From: Mantamonas sphyraenae STR306
Lineage: Eukaryota; Protista; CRuMs
Length of the DNA: 64,000 nucleotides
Assembly: GCA_026936335.1 (NCBI GenBank)
Contig: JAPMXV010000046.1
Span: 186,001-250,000 of the forward strand
Direction: 5' to 3'
Position numbers and translations under genes: made by a program. Positions 1 to 13,076 of this stretch are shown here, piece by piece. Positions within the stretch are counted from its first letter, which is position 1, and each line of letters begins with the position of its first letter. The notes beneath the pieces are model-generated. The model worked only from the letters and a program-made list of their open reading frames with translations. It searched no databases and was not told the origin of the DNA.

Positions 1-2641
1 CCTATGCCCACCATGGCAAACATCTCCGGGTAGCCCTTTCGTCCCATGTCCATGAGTTCGCCACGTGTCACCTGCACATCTGATTGCAGTGTTTCCAGCT
101 GGTGTTGCAGCGTGGCCATTTCCTGTTGGTACTCCTGCAGTTGGTCATCCAGACGCTTCTGCACGTCGTCGCTCACCTCGTCTTCCAGATCCGCTGTCAA
201 CTTCAGATCGTTGAACTTGTACTGCACAAAGTTGATCTGCCGCTTGACGTTGATCATCAACTTTTCCTGCTGCTGCGCCTTGAGCACAAACACATCCTTC
301 AGCGATGCTTGCTTCTGTTCCATCAGCAAGTCGTTCGTCATGCTTGTGTATCGTTCCAGTACAGCCGCCGCTCCATCCTCTTCCAGGCGCTTCAGTTCGG
401 CCTCCAGCTTGCGCACCAAATCCCGTGTGTACGACACCAGGTTGCGGCACGCCCCGGGTGCCATCGATTTGATCTGTTTCACCAAGTTGAACTCCACCTG
501 CATGGCGCGCGACAACTCCTTCAGGAACCCGTCCGTCAACGAGGAAAAGTTGCTCATGCAACCTGCCACGCTTTCCATCCACTTGCTCAAGGATTCGCAC
601 TCTGCTGTAATTTGTCCCGGTGTCCCGCTACCATCTGATGTTCCCTGCTCGTCGTCTTCGAGACTACTGGGAGGATCCAGTGCCTCGAGGTTGTCCAACG
701 CCTTCTCGGCCACATCTTCCGTCTCACTCTCCTGTGCGTTGTCAGCATCCTCATCCGTCCCAACGTCATCCGCTGAATTGAAGGACGCCGAGGACGCCGA
801 GGAGGAGGAGGAGGAGGAGGAGGAGGAGGACGAAGGCCGCGCAAACGGGTTGCGGGCGTTGGCCATCGCCCCAGCGACGCTCGCCATGCTCTCGGGCTCA
901 CCGTCCAGGTCTTCGGCGGACTGGTCGACAAAGGCCAGATTGGAGGAGCAAAGCGCAAACGCGGCGTTTGCACTGGCCTTGTTGAGCGCTGTGTTGAGCT
1001 CGGCTATCCACTTGCGCAGCTGGTTCATGCGGCTGGCTTGGGCCAAGCCTGCACGTGGGAGCACCTCCAGGGCATTGCTGTCTCGCATGGCTGTGAGTGT
1101 GTTTTGGCGAGCCTCATCGCGTGCGCGAATCGTCTCTTGATGGCCATCCATGTTGCCGCCGACGGACAGTTGCATCAACTGCCGCTGCAGCTGTGTGTAT
1201 GTCGTGTGTGCTTCCTGGATACGTTGCATGCCTCCCTGATCGGGCATCTCTGACTGGAAAACGTCGTCAAAATGGGCCTCGAGCAAAGCGGCCTCCTTGT
1301 CGCGCAGCTCCTTGAGCAGGTTGCGCACGCGTGGGTCCTGCATAAAGTCGAGGCGTGTGCGATCACGATGAAGAGTGCGCCAGGAGGATGCAATTGCGGA
1401 AAACTCGTCGTCCGTGGCTGCCGTTTGGTAGGTGACGTCGAGTGCTTGTTCGTCCAGCACAAGTGCATCGGTGGACATCCACACGTCCCCGTCCGGCGTG
1501 TATGCACTACCACCAATGCTCAGAACAATGTCTGCGCGAGCCGTGCTGAACGCTACTGCAGCGTGTGCTGAGCGAGCAAGCGCATCCGGGTTGCTTTGCG
1601 TGTCCGCTTTGCGGTACCACATCATGGTGTCGATGTTGAGCACGTGTGTATCACTCAATGTTCTGCGGCTGTTGACGTTGTCATAGGGTTGGTACATGCC
1701 GCCAAAGACCACGAGCTTGTTGTCGACAACAGACGCTGTGTGCTTGCCACGCGCAGGGGGGGAAGGGCCGCGCGGCTCCAGCACCTGGGAGTGCAACGAG
1801 TCTGTTCACAACCCGGAAGGGAGTCAAGTGGCGCGTACACGTGTGAGCGGGTAAGTGAGTGAGTGAGTGAGTGCGTGCAAACATGTAACAAAGACGGAAA
1901 ACCGCTCCCCTTACCCAGATCGAGCACCTGCAGCTTGGTAAAGTAGCGGCGTGTGCCCGGATGGTGTCCTCCCAGAATGACAACCTTGTCACGAACCACA
2001 GAAACACTGTGGTTGGTCAGTGGAAGCTCGCTGTCTCCGGTGAACTCGGGTTGTTCCCACTCCCAAGTCTCGAGATCCAACACAAACGGATCGGTGCGTG
2101 CAGACGAGCTGTGGCCCACCGCCACGAGCTTGTTGCCAACCACGCCGATGCCATGGTGGCCTCGGAACGACACGTGCACTCCGCCGCACTCTTTGGTTTC
2201 CCACGTCATCGATTCTGAGAGCGCGTGTGCGCGCGCGCGTGTCAGGGATCCTCCCCCGGAGCGACTGCAACCCATCCCGCCAAGCCGTCACAACCACACC
2301 ACACAGGTTCCCAGCCAGACATGACACCTACCCAAGTCCAAAAGATACACATTCTGTGCAGTGGACGTGTTTGCCTCGAGGGAGTCAAAGCCTCCAAAAA
2401 TGAGCAGCTTCCCTTGCCACACAGCGCTGCTGCAGTCCCACAGGCCCGGTGGGACGGTTCCATGGCACTTGGGACGCGTCCACTCCAAATCGACAAGGTC
2501 CAACACCATCAGATCGGCCACGGGAGTCTGTGTTCCTCGTTGCAGTCCGCCAAACACATAAACCTTGTTGTTGTACTCACACGCCGTGTGCATGATGCGT
2601 GGGTCCACGCTTGGGCTGCAATTTGCACGCACCCATCGCAT
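1..2641 (-). CDS. Kelch-repeat protein with long coiled-coil C-terminal part (3' end runs off the window)
   Basis: ATG 2641 (MRWVRANC). Kelch repeats (HTACEYNNKVYVFGG, LLIFGG, HSVSVVRDKVVILGG, HTASVVDNKLVVFGG) are joined by GT-AG introns ~2331-2215 and ~1914-1803. The frame then stays open to position 1 through a heptad-rich helical region. Confidence 0.8.
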
Positions 2642-2790
2642 GGTAGTGTGTGTGTGTGTGTGTGAGTTGGGGTGGATGCGAAAGGGCGACAGAAAACACC
2701 GCGTTGTTCCTTCCACACACACAACGCACACAACCTGATCCTCAGCAACCTAATGCTTGCCATTGTCCTATATTGCATCCTTCTTCCATT

Positions 2791-5218
2791 CTACACAATT
2801 GTCAGCTCCTTCAAGTATTCGCGGACGATGACAGGAACACTTGTGACGGGGAGCATGCCGGCCTCGGTGATGACCATGGACACAAACTCGCTGGGAGTGA
2901 GGTCGTAGCGCAGGTTGAGCAGCTTGAGCGAGTCGACGTCCCTCCAATCCTGCACGGGACTGTCCTCCATCCCCTCGACCATCTCTTCCGGGTCACCCAG
3001 CTCGTTGAATGTGATCGAGTCGAGCTGCACACGCTCGGTGAACTTGTAACTTTCACAGCAAACAATGACAGGCACATTGAAGCTCTTTGCCATCATGGCG
3101 ACCAGTGCGGTGCCGGCACGCGACAGCGTGTTGCCGTTCGACAAGAGTGCGTACGCACCCACAAACACCTTGGTCACCTCGCGCATCATGTACGACACTG
3201 CGTTGAGCATGACGTAGGTGCACTCGATGTCGTACTTTACCAGTCGGCCCAGCATCTCCTTGCCCTCGCGCAGCGGGTTCGAATCCACCAAAACCACACG
3301 GAAGCGCTTGTTCTCGTCCTTGGCTCTCTTCAAAATGAGCTCCACCACGCGCGAACACGCATATACCATCAGCACGTCGCCGTCGCGGATCTTGCTGACG
3401 CCGTTTGCCGCAATCAGCTCGTCTGCTCGGAAGATGCGTTGCTGCAGAAAGGTGTCGATGTGGCTCAGGATGATGTTCTTGGCCTCAAAGTCGTTCATGC
3501 TGCCCGGGATTTCGCTAATCAGCAGCTTGATGCGCTTGATCGCGTTGCCCATGGAGATCGACTTGGGCCGGCAGTCTTCCAGGAACTGGATGTTGGGCTT
3601 GAACACATCCCAAAGGTCACGCGACAGCTCCTTGCCCGAAGGGGTGTTGTAGTCCGACACCAGCTGCTTGAACACATTCAGCATGGCCACGCAACGTGCA
3701 TTTGAGCCGCGGATCTGCATATCCGCGTATTTGAGGCCCAGATGCAGCACGGCAGGGTGCACCTGCTCCTTGCTGGAAAACTTGATCTCTGTGGTCAGCG
3801 ACTCGGGGCTCTCGAACTGCGGAAGGTGTGAAAACAAAGGCACTGGCTTCTGCGACAGCGACAATTGAGCAATCTGCGCCAACAGACCGAGAGTGAGTGT
3901 GTGTCCCCAGCTCTATGTGTCAGCGCACATGCTTCTGCTCCCTATTTCTACGCTCAAACTCTCCCGCTGCGTTTCCCTACCTGCTTCTTCTGATGCTTGG
4001 CCAGCCTGCGCTGATCATCAAACTGCATCAGCAGCGATGCCGTCTTGCCTCCCTTCTTGCTGTTACCCGAGCTGCTCGACGATCCTGCTGCCGAAGGCGA
4101 TACTCTGTGTAATGTGTAAAACGCGTGGATTGCATGTGTGTGTGTGTGTGTGTGTGTGTGGTGGGTTGTCAGTTGCCGATTGGATCACCCCACGCGCTCC
4201 ACCGTCGCATTTTTCTGGGAAGTTGCACGTACTGCTCCGTCTCCTCAACCTTCTTGCCCTTGCCCTTGTTTGCGCCGGCATTCGACAAAGAGGCTCCTCC
4301 TGCGCTGTTGCCTGCATTGTTGCCTCCTTTGCCTCCCTTGCCTCCTTGTTCCTGCTGTTTCTGTGCGCGTTCGCGTTCCTGCTTTGCTCGGCGTTCGGCC
4401 TTGCTCAGTTTCTTGTGTTGCTTTGCGGCCGCCATCCGTGCCTGGAACTCCGGATCCTGCTCCATCAATGCCTTGCGCCGCGCCTTGTCCAGTTTCTTGC
4501 GATGCTTCTTGCTCAGCGGCTTGCCGTCTTCGTCGTGCGTGGGGATGCTCACGTGAATGCCGTCTGCATCAAGCTCGTCGTCGTCCCCGCCCTTTGCGTT
4601 GCTCTTGGCCTTGCCTTTGTCTCCAGTCCCAGCATTGGCCTTGTTGTTCGATTTGTTCGACGTTGCCAGGCCGCTGCCGCTGCCGCTGTTGCTGTTCTCG
4701 CCCTTGCTGCCGCTGTTGCCCTCGCCCTTCTTTGAGCTCAGCTCGCTTCCCTTCTTCTCGCTCTTCTCCTGGCTTCGCTTCTTGCCCGCCGTCACACTCT
4801 GCACGCTCTGCTTTTCAAATGTCAGCGTGCTGCCACCCGAGTTTGTGTTGCGTGACGACGACGACGACGACGACGACGTGCGCTTCGGAGGTCGCTGCAC
4901 CTCTTGCTTGGCGAACAGCTCGTTGGACCCAAACGCATTGAAGCTCATGTCGTGCTTCGTTGGCGACCAGCCCGTAATCTTGGCCCCCTTGTTCGGCATC
5001 GACTTGGAGAACAGCGCTTGGTTGGGGCTCTTTGTCACCGGATTCACGTCGTCCATGGACGTCTGCCGGCGAGCGATCCGAATGCTCGTGCTACGCTTCG
5101 GCCGCTCCGTGTTGCCTGTATCTTCATCATCTTCGGAAACACGCTTTGCCGCGCGCTTCTGCTGCTCTTCGTCCAACATGGATTCCAGCTGGCTCAGAGA
5201 GTCCTTGTACGATGACAT
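2791..5218 (-). CDS. EIF2B4: Translation initiation factor eIF2B subunit delta
   Basis: C-terminal exon has VHPAVLHLG, GSNARC, SMGNAI, GAYALLSNG, SRAGTA, CCESYKFTERVQLDSITFNELGDP and LRYDLTP. N-terminal exon has the typical KLSKAERRAKQE motif. Exons ~5218-4232, ~4104-3982, ~3873-2791. Confidence 0.93.
4135..4161. repeat. (GT)n microsatellite in an eIF2B-delta intron
   Basis: gtgtgtgtgtgtgtgtgtgtgtgtgtg. Similar (GT/CA)n runs occur at ~2646-2663 and ~59202-59230. Confidence 0.9.
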
Positions 5219-5362
5219 CGGGAAAGGTTTGCGTGGCCGCCACTTCGCACCAAATCCTGCCGCCCTTTGCCTCCAGCATGGACCCTTTCTACGCACCTAC
5301 GCCTCGTCGTCCCGTAGATGAGCCTCACACGCATTTTTTTCGCATGTGGAGCATCAGCACCC

Positions 5363-8300
5363 ATGTTTGTCCAACGAAATCCACCCAAAATGTCCTGGCG
5401 ACTCTCACGTGCTTCGTCCAAGGCAGACCTCTCGGGCTTTGCCAAGGACGACCTGTCTGCCATCGGCAAAACTGGCAAGCTGGACATGTCCAACCGCAAC
5501 CTGGACACATACCCGGCCGGCAGCGACCGCGAGCTCGACAACGTGGAAAAGGCCAACTTTAGCCACAACAAGCTGCCGTATCTGCCGCCAGACGTGCAAC
5601 TCCTCATCAACGTCACCCAACTCGATCTCTCTTACAACCAGCTCACCTTTATCCCCGAAGAGGTGCGTGTGTGGACTTTTACATTTCCCACGCAGTCCCA
5701 TGCCCCTCTCGTACGTGTCTTTGCGCTCGCTCACCTGCCCCGCCGCGTCTTTTCCCCTCTCTCAGATCAACAAGCTCTCCAAGCTCAAGTCACTGCAAGT
5801 CGGCTTCAACAAGCTCCAGTTCCTCCCTGAGGGCATCTGCCAATGTGCTTCCCTCACCCATCTCTACGTGAACGACAACAAGCTTCTGACTCTTCCTGTG
5901 TACGTCCAAACCAGAGCAGAACTTTGACCCGCTGCCCATTTCACAGCCAGCCCACCCCTCACACGCCTGCACGCAATCCTTTTCTCCTCTCCGCATGACT
6001 ATGATGGCCACATGCGTGCGTGTCACTCACTCCGTCTCGCGTTTCTCGTCCACAGCTTCTTGTATCGCATGAAGGCGCTCCAGGAGATTCACGCCTACAA
6101 CAACGAGATTCGCGAGCTCAGCGACACCCTGTCCGCAATGGAGAATCTGAAAAAGGTATGTGTGTGCGCAAGAGAGTGTGTGCGACTCGTACCTGTGTTT
6201 CCATGCTCCCCTCCCTGCATCCACACCCAAGGGTGCCTTTCCCTCTTTGCGGTGGCCCACCGTTGACACTCTCCTGTCCCACCATTCCGCCGCGGTCCTT
6301 TGTGCAGCTCTACCTGGGTAACAACAAAATCTGCGAGCTGCCCAGCAGCTTTGGTCGCCGCATGACAAGCCTGATGCAGCTGCAGCTGCAGGACAACATG
6401 ATCGGTGAGCTCCCGCCTACCATGAGCTTTATGGCCCGTCTCTCCTCATTCACCATGGACAACAACCCGCTTGTGTTTCCTGAACACGTGTTTGAGAGCG
6501 GAGGCATCGAGGCAGTGCTTGCCTGGTGTGAGGAGAACAAGAAGGAATTGGACATCCAGGAGCCGCTCAACTTCCCTGATGCGACCTACACGGGCACCCT
6601 CACCAAGCGTGGTGGTTCCAAGGGGGGCATCAAGAGCTGGAAGAAACGCCACACGGTCATCAAGGACCGAGTGCTCTCGTACTACAAGAACGAAGGCGAC
6701 AGCGAGCCCGCAGGCACCGTCTCCTTGAAGAATGTCACCGTCGCCATCGAAGACCCCAAAGCAAACCAGTTTGTCATTTCGGGCAATGATGTCGACCTCC
6801 ATTGCCAAGCAAACAACCCCGTTGAGCTCTCCGAGTGGCTAGACGTCATTCAGCTGGCCATCAACTCCAGCTCTTACAACACAGGGCAACGCTCGCGCAA
6901 GGAGAAGCGCAGCGACACCGTCACCGCAGCCTCGTCTGCATCCAAGGCGGCAGCCTCTGCGTCTTCTTCTTCGTCGTCTTCTTCGTCTTCGTCTTCGTCG
7001 TCGTCGTCGTCACCCTCGTCGCCCTCGACGCCGGCCAAGACGATCGAGGCGACCGTCGAGTCTGGTCCCAAGCCGCAGTATCCTTTCTCAGGCTTTGCTC
7101 TCACCTATGTGCAAGACACCGAGGCGGTGGCATCGCGCTACCTGGAACTCGAGGGATCGGTGCTCAGCGTGTTTGTCGAGCAGGACGAAGACGAGCAACC
7201 CGAGTCTCGCCTGAACCTTGCCGGCTGCAAGGTGGAAGATACAGCGTCGCCTCTGGACGATGACAACACAGCCATGGCAATTGTGCTGAGCACGGGTCGC
7301 CGTGTGCCGCTCTCCGTGCCCAACAAGCACGCCGAGACCCTGCTAACCTGGATGGCACGCTTTCTGCGAGCCAGCGACGCTGCGGCTACCCTGCCCGACG
7401 CATTGCAGGCTCTTGATGAACCCGAGGCAGAAGACGCCACAAAGAAGCGTCTGCGGGCCGAAAACCTGTCGCACATGGACTTTAGCATCGACAACGGCGA
7501 TGGCAAGGACAAGCAAACCCACAAAGGAAGTGTCTACGAAGAGGGATTTGGCGGAACGGCTGCACAGACCCAAGACGAAGACGACAGCTTCGACGCACCA
7601 CCTCCTGTGGACGATGGTTTCGAGGCGCCGCCTGCAGTCGACGATGGCGTGGATGGCGACGACGACGACGCGTTTGAGGCGCCACCACCTGTGATGTCCA
7701 GCAGCAACGAACCATCGCCTGCTGCATCACCAGTAGCCTCGCCTGCTGCCTCGCCTGCTGCCTCGCCTGCCCCTGCCAAGCGCACGCGTCGTGTGGTGGT
7801 TGCTCTGGGCTCTGGCAAGGACGACCCCTACGGCATCTGGGATCAGATTCCCGACCTGTACACGGCTCCGCTGGAGAAGCTGAAGAACTTGGAGACACTA
7901 CAGAAGGGACTGGACGACGAGGAGCACCGAGGTGTCATCCTGAGCGTGGTGGAGCAGATGTTGGAGTCCGGCCAACTGGACGCCGACTACAAGTCGTTCT
8001 GGCAGGCAACTCGGGACTTTGAGGAGCAGTTTGACACGCTGGACGACCCGGAAGACAGCGCAAACGACATTGTCGAAAAGTACTTTGACGAAGACGGCGA
8101 TTCGTATCTGAGTGGCATGCAGTATGCGCTGATGGTGGAAATCATGACCAAAATCGAGAGCGGCGAGATCACAGCCAAGCTTTTCCAGCCTGCTCGGTCC
8201 AACCTGTTTGCACAGGCATTCTCAGCCTGGCAGGACAGCGTGGACGCCGACGCGCTGGCCGAGTTGATGGGCGAGCGCAAGCCGAGTGAAATTTTCAAGG

Positions 8301-11300
8301 AGCTGGAGGCAGAGGCGATCCGCAAGGAAGCAGAAGAGCTGCAAAGGCGCAAGGAAGAAGAAGAGAAGCGGCGCAAAGAGGAGGAGGAACGCAAACGCAA
8401 AGAGGCTGAGGAGAAAAAGAAGAGGGAGGAAGAAGCGGCGCGTCTGGCGGAAGAACAACGTCAACGTGAGGCCGAGGAGCGCAAACGCAAGCAAGAAGCC
8501 GAAGAAGAGCGCCGTCGTGTGGCTGCAGAGGAAGCCAAGGCGAGGGAGGAGGCACGCAAGGCCAAGGAAGAGCAGGAGCGGCAAGAGGCGCTGGCAAGGA
8601 AGAAGCGGCAGGAAGAGGAGGAAGAGGCGCGTGCGGCAGCCGATGCGGCGGCGCAGATCGCAGCGATGGAAGCCAAGCTGGGCATTCCGTCGTCTGCGCC
8701 GTCGCCAGTGGCCAAGGCGGCTGCGGCGGTGGAGAGCGAGCCAGAAGCGGATGAGGATTCGAGGCGGTGTCGGACCACGACCCGTTTGGTGCCAGCGACG
8801 TAATGGGCGGAGAGGCATACATGCAGACACAGGACGACGAGCCGCCTGCGCCGTCTGCTGTGGAAGACGCGTCTAGCACATCGATGCTGTTTGAGGCCAA
8901 GGCACAGGACAGGACGGTGGAAGGGTACGACAGTGACCGGCGGTCGCAGGTCTCTGTGGAACTGGACATGAGCTTGGAGGGCCTTGTGCAGCGTGCGGCA
9001 GAAGCAAACGCAAGTGAGCTGGACTTGTCGCACAAAGGCGTGCGAGACACGCCTGTGGCGACGCTGCAGGTGCTGAACGAGACCCTGGAAAAGCTTGTCT
9101 TGGACTGGAACAAGATCGACGAGTTCCCGTCGGGTCTGTCGCAGGCGCTGCCGAAGCTGCAGTGCCTGTCGCTGTGCAACAACCGAGTGCGTGTCCTGGA
9201 GGATGTGTTTGCAGCGGGCAGCTATGCGTTGCTGGAGGAACTGCACCTTGCGCACAACAAGTTGTCGGAGCTGCCGGATGAGATCGCAAACCTTTCCGGC
9301 AGCCTGCAGGTGCTGAACCTGGCACACAACCGCTTCGATGAGTTTCCGGTGCAAGTTGTGGCGCTGCAGAGCCTGGTGACGCTCGATCTTGCGGGCAACA
9401 GCATCGGAGGCATCCCAGACGAGGTGTGTGTGAGCGAGTTTAGCGTGGTGAGCCTGGATCTGTCGAACAACAAGGTGCGCAAGATCAACCCGAGTGTGGT
9501 GAAGATGGCCAATCTGCAGCAGCTGGTGCTGGCAGGCAACGAGGTGCAGATGCTGCCGGAGGAGCTGGGCGACATGCCCAGTCTGACCCATCTGGATGTG
9601 TCCGACAACGAGCTGCAGCGTGTGCCCATGGGCATCCGCAACTTGCGTCAGCTGGACACACTGAAGCTTGGCGGAAACCCTTTCGAGACGCTGCCCTCGA
9701 CCATCATGGGCCGCATTCCCACCAAGACATTTGTGGACTACCTTGACAACCAGGTGATGCAGATCGGCAAGCTGAGCGGCTATCTGCAGACGTGCATTGA
9801 GAAGCAGGTGACCGAGGTGGACCTGAGCAACGTGCCGGACCTGGATCTGGCCCCGCTGCTGGACAAGGTGTGCCGCGTGACAAGCGCCGAGGAGGTTGCG
9901 CTGCGAAACAACGCGCTGACGAGCTTGCCATCGGCCATTGCACAGCTGGGCAACCTGCGTGCGCTGCATTTGAACCACAACAAACTGACGGAGCTGCCTG
10001 CAGAGATGTGGCAGCTGGAAAATCTGATGCTGCTGGATTTGAGCGACAACCTGTTTGAGAACGTGCCAGACAGCGTGTTTGAGCTGGGCTCACTGCAGCA
10101 ACTGCAGCTGAGTCGCAACAAGATCACGGATCTGCCAGGCAGCATCGGCAACCTGATCAACCTGGTGACGCTGTACCTGGACGACAACGAGCTGGACGAG
10201 ATCCCTGCTGAGATTGGCAAGTGCACGGCACTGACGGAGTTTTCGGTCAACTCCAATGAGCTGGACGAGCTGCCGCATGAGCTGTTCCAGTGCACGCGTC
10301 TCACAGTGCTCACAGCCAACAACAACTACCTGACGGAGCTGAGCGACGAAGTGGCGAACCTGGAAATGCTGGAGGACCTGTCGCTGTTCAACAACCAGCT
10401 GAGCGAACTACCCGTGGGTTTGTTGGCCCTGGAGCATTTGGAGTCGATCAACCTGTCGTTCAACGAGCTGCGTGAGTTGCCCGAAGAGTTTGGCGAGATG
10501 CAGAGCCTGAAGAAGATCTTTCTGAACAGCAACTTGCTGGAGCGGCTGCCCAACTCGATGGGCAAGTTCCGCAACCTGTTGGCGTTTGACTGTGGCGACA
10601 ACGCACCGCTGCGCTACCCGCCAAAGAACATTGTGGAGAAGGGCAAGGCGTTGGCGTACCTGCGCAAGTACGGCGCACGCCAGGCGACCCTGAACGAGTA
10701 CCGAGCGGGCGAGTACGACGACGGCGACTCGTTCCTGGACGAGTTGGGCCTGGGCGGTGTGGGCGCCACTGTGTCGTCATTCTTTGTGGGCGACGAGGGC
10801 GAAACGCTGGACGAGGACGGCAACGTGATCGAAAAGCCTAGTGTGGAGGCACAGATTGCAGACACAGTGAGCTGGCTGGGTGACACGGCGTTTGATGTGT
10901 TTGGTGGGGCCAACGACATGGTCAACTCGTGGTGGAGCGGACCCTCGGCGCCGGTGGACGAGGAGGCGAGCTCCGAACTCGGGTTTGATCTGGGCACGTC
11001 TCAGAACGCCCTGGCCGTGTCTGCTCTGGACGGACTGGACGGATTGGACGACGATGCAGCCGCGGGTGCAGGTGCAGCTGCCGGTGCAGGTGCGTCTGAC
11101 GGCGGTGCGGGCTCGCTGGACTACGATTTCGCGGAGCTGGACTCGCTGGCTGGCGTGGAGGAGGAGCAAAAGGTAAAAGCGTCACAGGAGGACCTGAATT
11201 CGGCGATGGAATCGGATCTGTTTGCCGAGATCTGGGGTGGAGCAGCGTCGGCATTTGACGGCGTGTGGAACGCAGCGGTGGGCGGCGAAACGACAGCGAC

Positions 11301-11841
11301 AGCAAACAACACAGGTGCAGGCGATGAAGCACCTGTGGATGGAGACGACCAAAAGAGTGTCGCGGACGAGGCGGACTCGTTGCTGTCGTCGCTGGGCTTT
11401 GGAGGCTTTTCGTTCGGCGCGGCGGCAGCAACGACAGCGGCAGCAGAGAGCAGCAGCCCTGAGCAGGCGGGAACAAGCGGACAGCAGGAGCAAGGCAGCG
11501 TGGAGGACGATGCGGACTCGCTTCTGGACTCTCTGGGCTTTGGTTTCGGCGGACCAGCCAGCCCCGCAACAGACAACCAGGCTGAGGCGGAAGCCCCAAA
11601 GGACGGCGAAGCTGTGACAGCAGAAGCAGATTCCCTGCTGGACAGCCTTGGATTTGGCAACTTTGACGCGGCGAGCGAAGCCGAGGGACTTCTGGCAAAC
11701 CTGGGGTTCGGCATCGCGGACGAGGGAGGCAGCAACGGCGAAAGCACATCATCGGACAACAAGAAGAAGGAGAGCGGTGGGCAGGACAACGAAACGTTGA
11801 ACAAGGAAACAGCCGACCTGTTGGCTGAGCTGGGGGTGTGA
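5363..11841 (+). CDS. Large multidomain protein: LRR - PH - PH-like - RGS-like - coiled coil - LRR - acidic tail (one apparent 1-nt frameshift at ~8760)
   Basis: LRR exons ~5363-5662, 5766-5898, 6055-6155, then 6308 onward. PH domain (GTLTKRGG..KSWKKR..LSYYK..WLDVIQ, ~6580-6870), second PH-like domain (~7075-7375), RGS-like helical domain (FWQATRDF..ANDIVEKYF..LFQPARSNLF, ~7890-8240), E/K/R coiled coil. Adding one base at ~8760 joins this to the >20-LRR ORF 8767-11841. Confidence 0.8.
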
Positions 11842-11873
11842 AAAAAGGAGAACCGAAATCAACAAGATCATTG

Positions 11874-13076
11874 TCACGACAAACCACTGTATTGGCTGCT
11901 GACCACAGATGCCAGGTCACTGCCAGTGCGACTGTGGGCCTTGGCACGCAGGAGCTCCTCAATTTCCCTGTTGCGTGTCTCGAGGGTGTGCTGGACGTCG
12001 TTGAGCTGAAACTGCAACTGTGCGTTGTGCTGCTTGAGCGCATCCAGCTCGGAGTGGGCACTGTGCAATTGCGATTTGAGGTCGTTGTTTTCGTCCTGGA
12101 GACGCTGCATGGTTCGCTCGTTGAGCTTGAGCACGTCTGCGGCCACGTTTTGCCTGGCCTCTTCGTAGGCGCGACGCTGCTGTTGCCGTGCCACATCGAC
12201 CATGTCTGTGTGCAAATCGACCAATTTGTCCTTGCCCAACGAGGTGAGGTCCAACAGATCTTGCACATTTTCCAGTTGTGCCTCGAGGCGCTGGCTCTCA
12301 AACTCGGCCTCGTCGAGGGTGTCGTCCTCCTTGCCCTCCACCTGTTCAAACCACGCCGACAACGAACCCAGCAGATCCTTGCGGTCCGTGGACAGCGAGT
12401 TGTACTCCATCAATAAATAAGCAATCTTGGCCTTGGTATCGGCAAAGTTTTCCAGTTCGCCCAGCCCGTCGTCGGCCTGAAAGTCCACCTCTGCGTCGTC
12501 GTCCGCATCGTCGTCGTCAAAGCTGTCTGTGCTGCGCGAGGACAGTGGCTTGCCCTCGTGTGCCCTTAGCAGATCTGCCACGCGACCGTTGATGGCCTGC
12601 AGTTCCTGGTTGATCTTCTCCAGCTTCTCAATGCTCACCCTCGAGTCTGTCTTGACAATGACACTCTGGCCCAGGATCTCGTTGCCCTGTTCGTCCTTGC
12701 TCCACTCGATGTCCTGCATCAGCTGCTTGTATTTGGGGTCTTCCAGCAACGTCCGTTTCCGCGCTGCGCTCTTGACCTTTTTGCTCGCCTCTGTGGCGGC
12801 ATACACCTGTTCATACTTGCCTGTGGTACGCTTCTGCGATAGTTTCGAGTATGGCGATGCCGACGACGACAACGCTTCGTCAATGACCTGGTCCAACGCC
12901 TTGCCGCGGCGACGCGACGTTCGCGAACTGCTTCGTGCGCTCGACCGCGCCGACTCGCCCCTGGCTGAGCTGCGTGCACTGCTCAGCCGGCTGCTGCTCA
13001 TGTGGCTGCGTGCGGACGTCACACTCCGCGCAGAGGATTGGCGTCCCGTGGAGATGGTCGACCGGGACGAGTGCAT
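11874..13076 (-). CDS. Coiled-coil protein of unknown function with Ser/Arg-rich N-terminus
   Basis: 400-aa intronless ORF with coding-like codon usage and heptad-rich C-terminal half. Fills the gap between two confident genes. Confidence 0.75.
   Translation of the reverse strand: MHSSRSTISTGRQSSARSVTSARSHMSSSRLSSARSSARGESARSSARSSSRTSRRRGKALDQVIDEALSSSASPYSKLSQKRTTGKYEQVYAATEASKKVKSAARKRTLLEDPKYKQLMQDIEWSKDEQGNEILGQSVIVKTDSRVSIEKLEKINQELQAINGRVADLLRAHEGKPLSSRSTDSFDDDDADDDAEVDFQADDGLGELENFADTKAKIAYLLMEYNSLSTDRKDLLGSLSAWFEQVEGKEDDTLDEAEFESQRLEAQLENVQDLLDLTSLGKDKLVDLHTDMVDVARQQQRRAYEEARQNVAADVLKLNERTMQRLQDENNDLKSQLHSAHSELDALKQHNAQLQFQLNDVQHTLETRNREIEELLRAKAHSRTGSDLASVVSSQYSGLS

Noticed and set aside
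4232-5218. Separate gene, or novel domain, upstream of eIF2B-delta
   Set aside because: Contains the family's KAERR motif and splices in frame. Long disordered N-termini are normal for eIF2B-delta.
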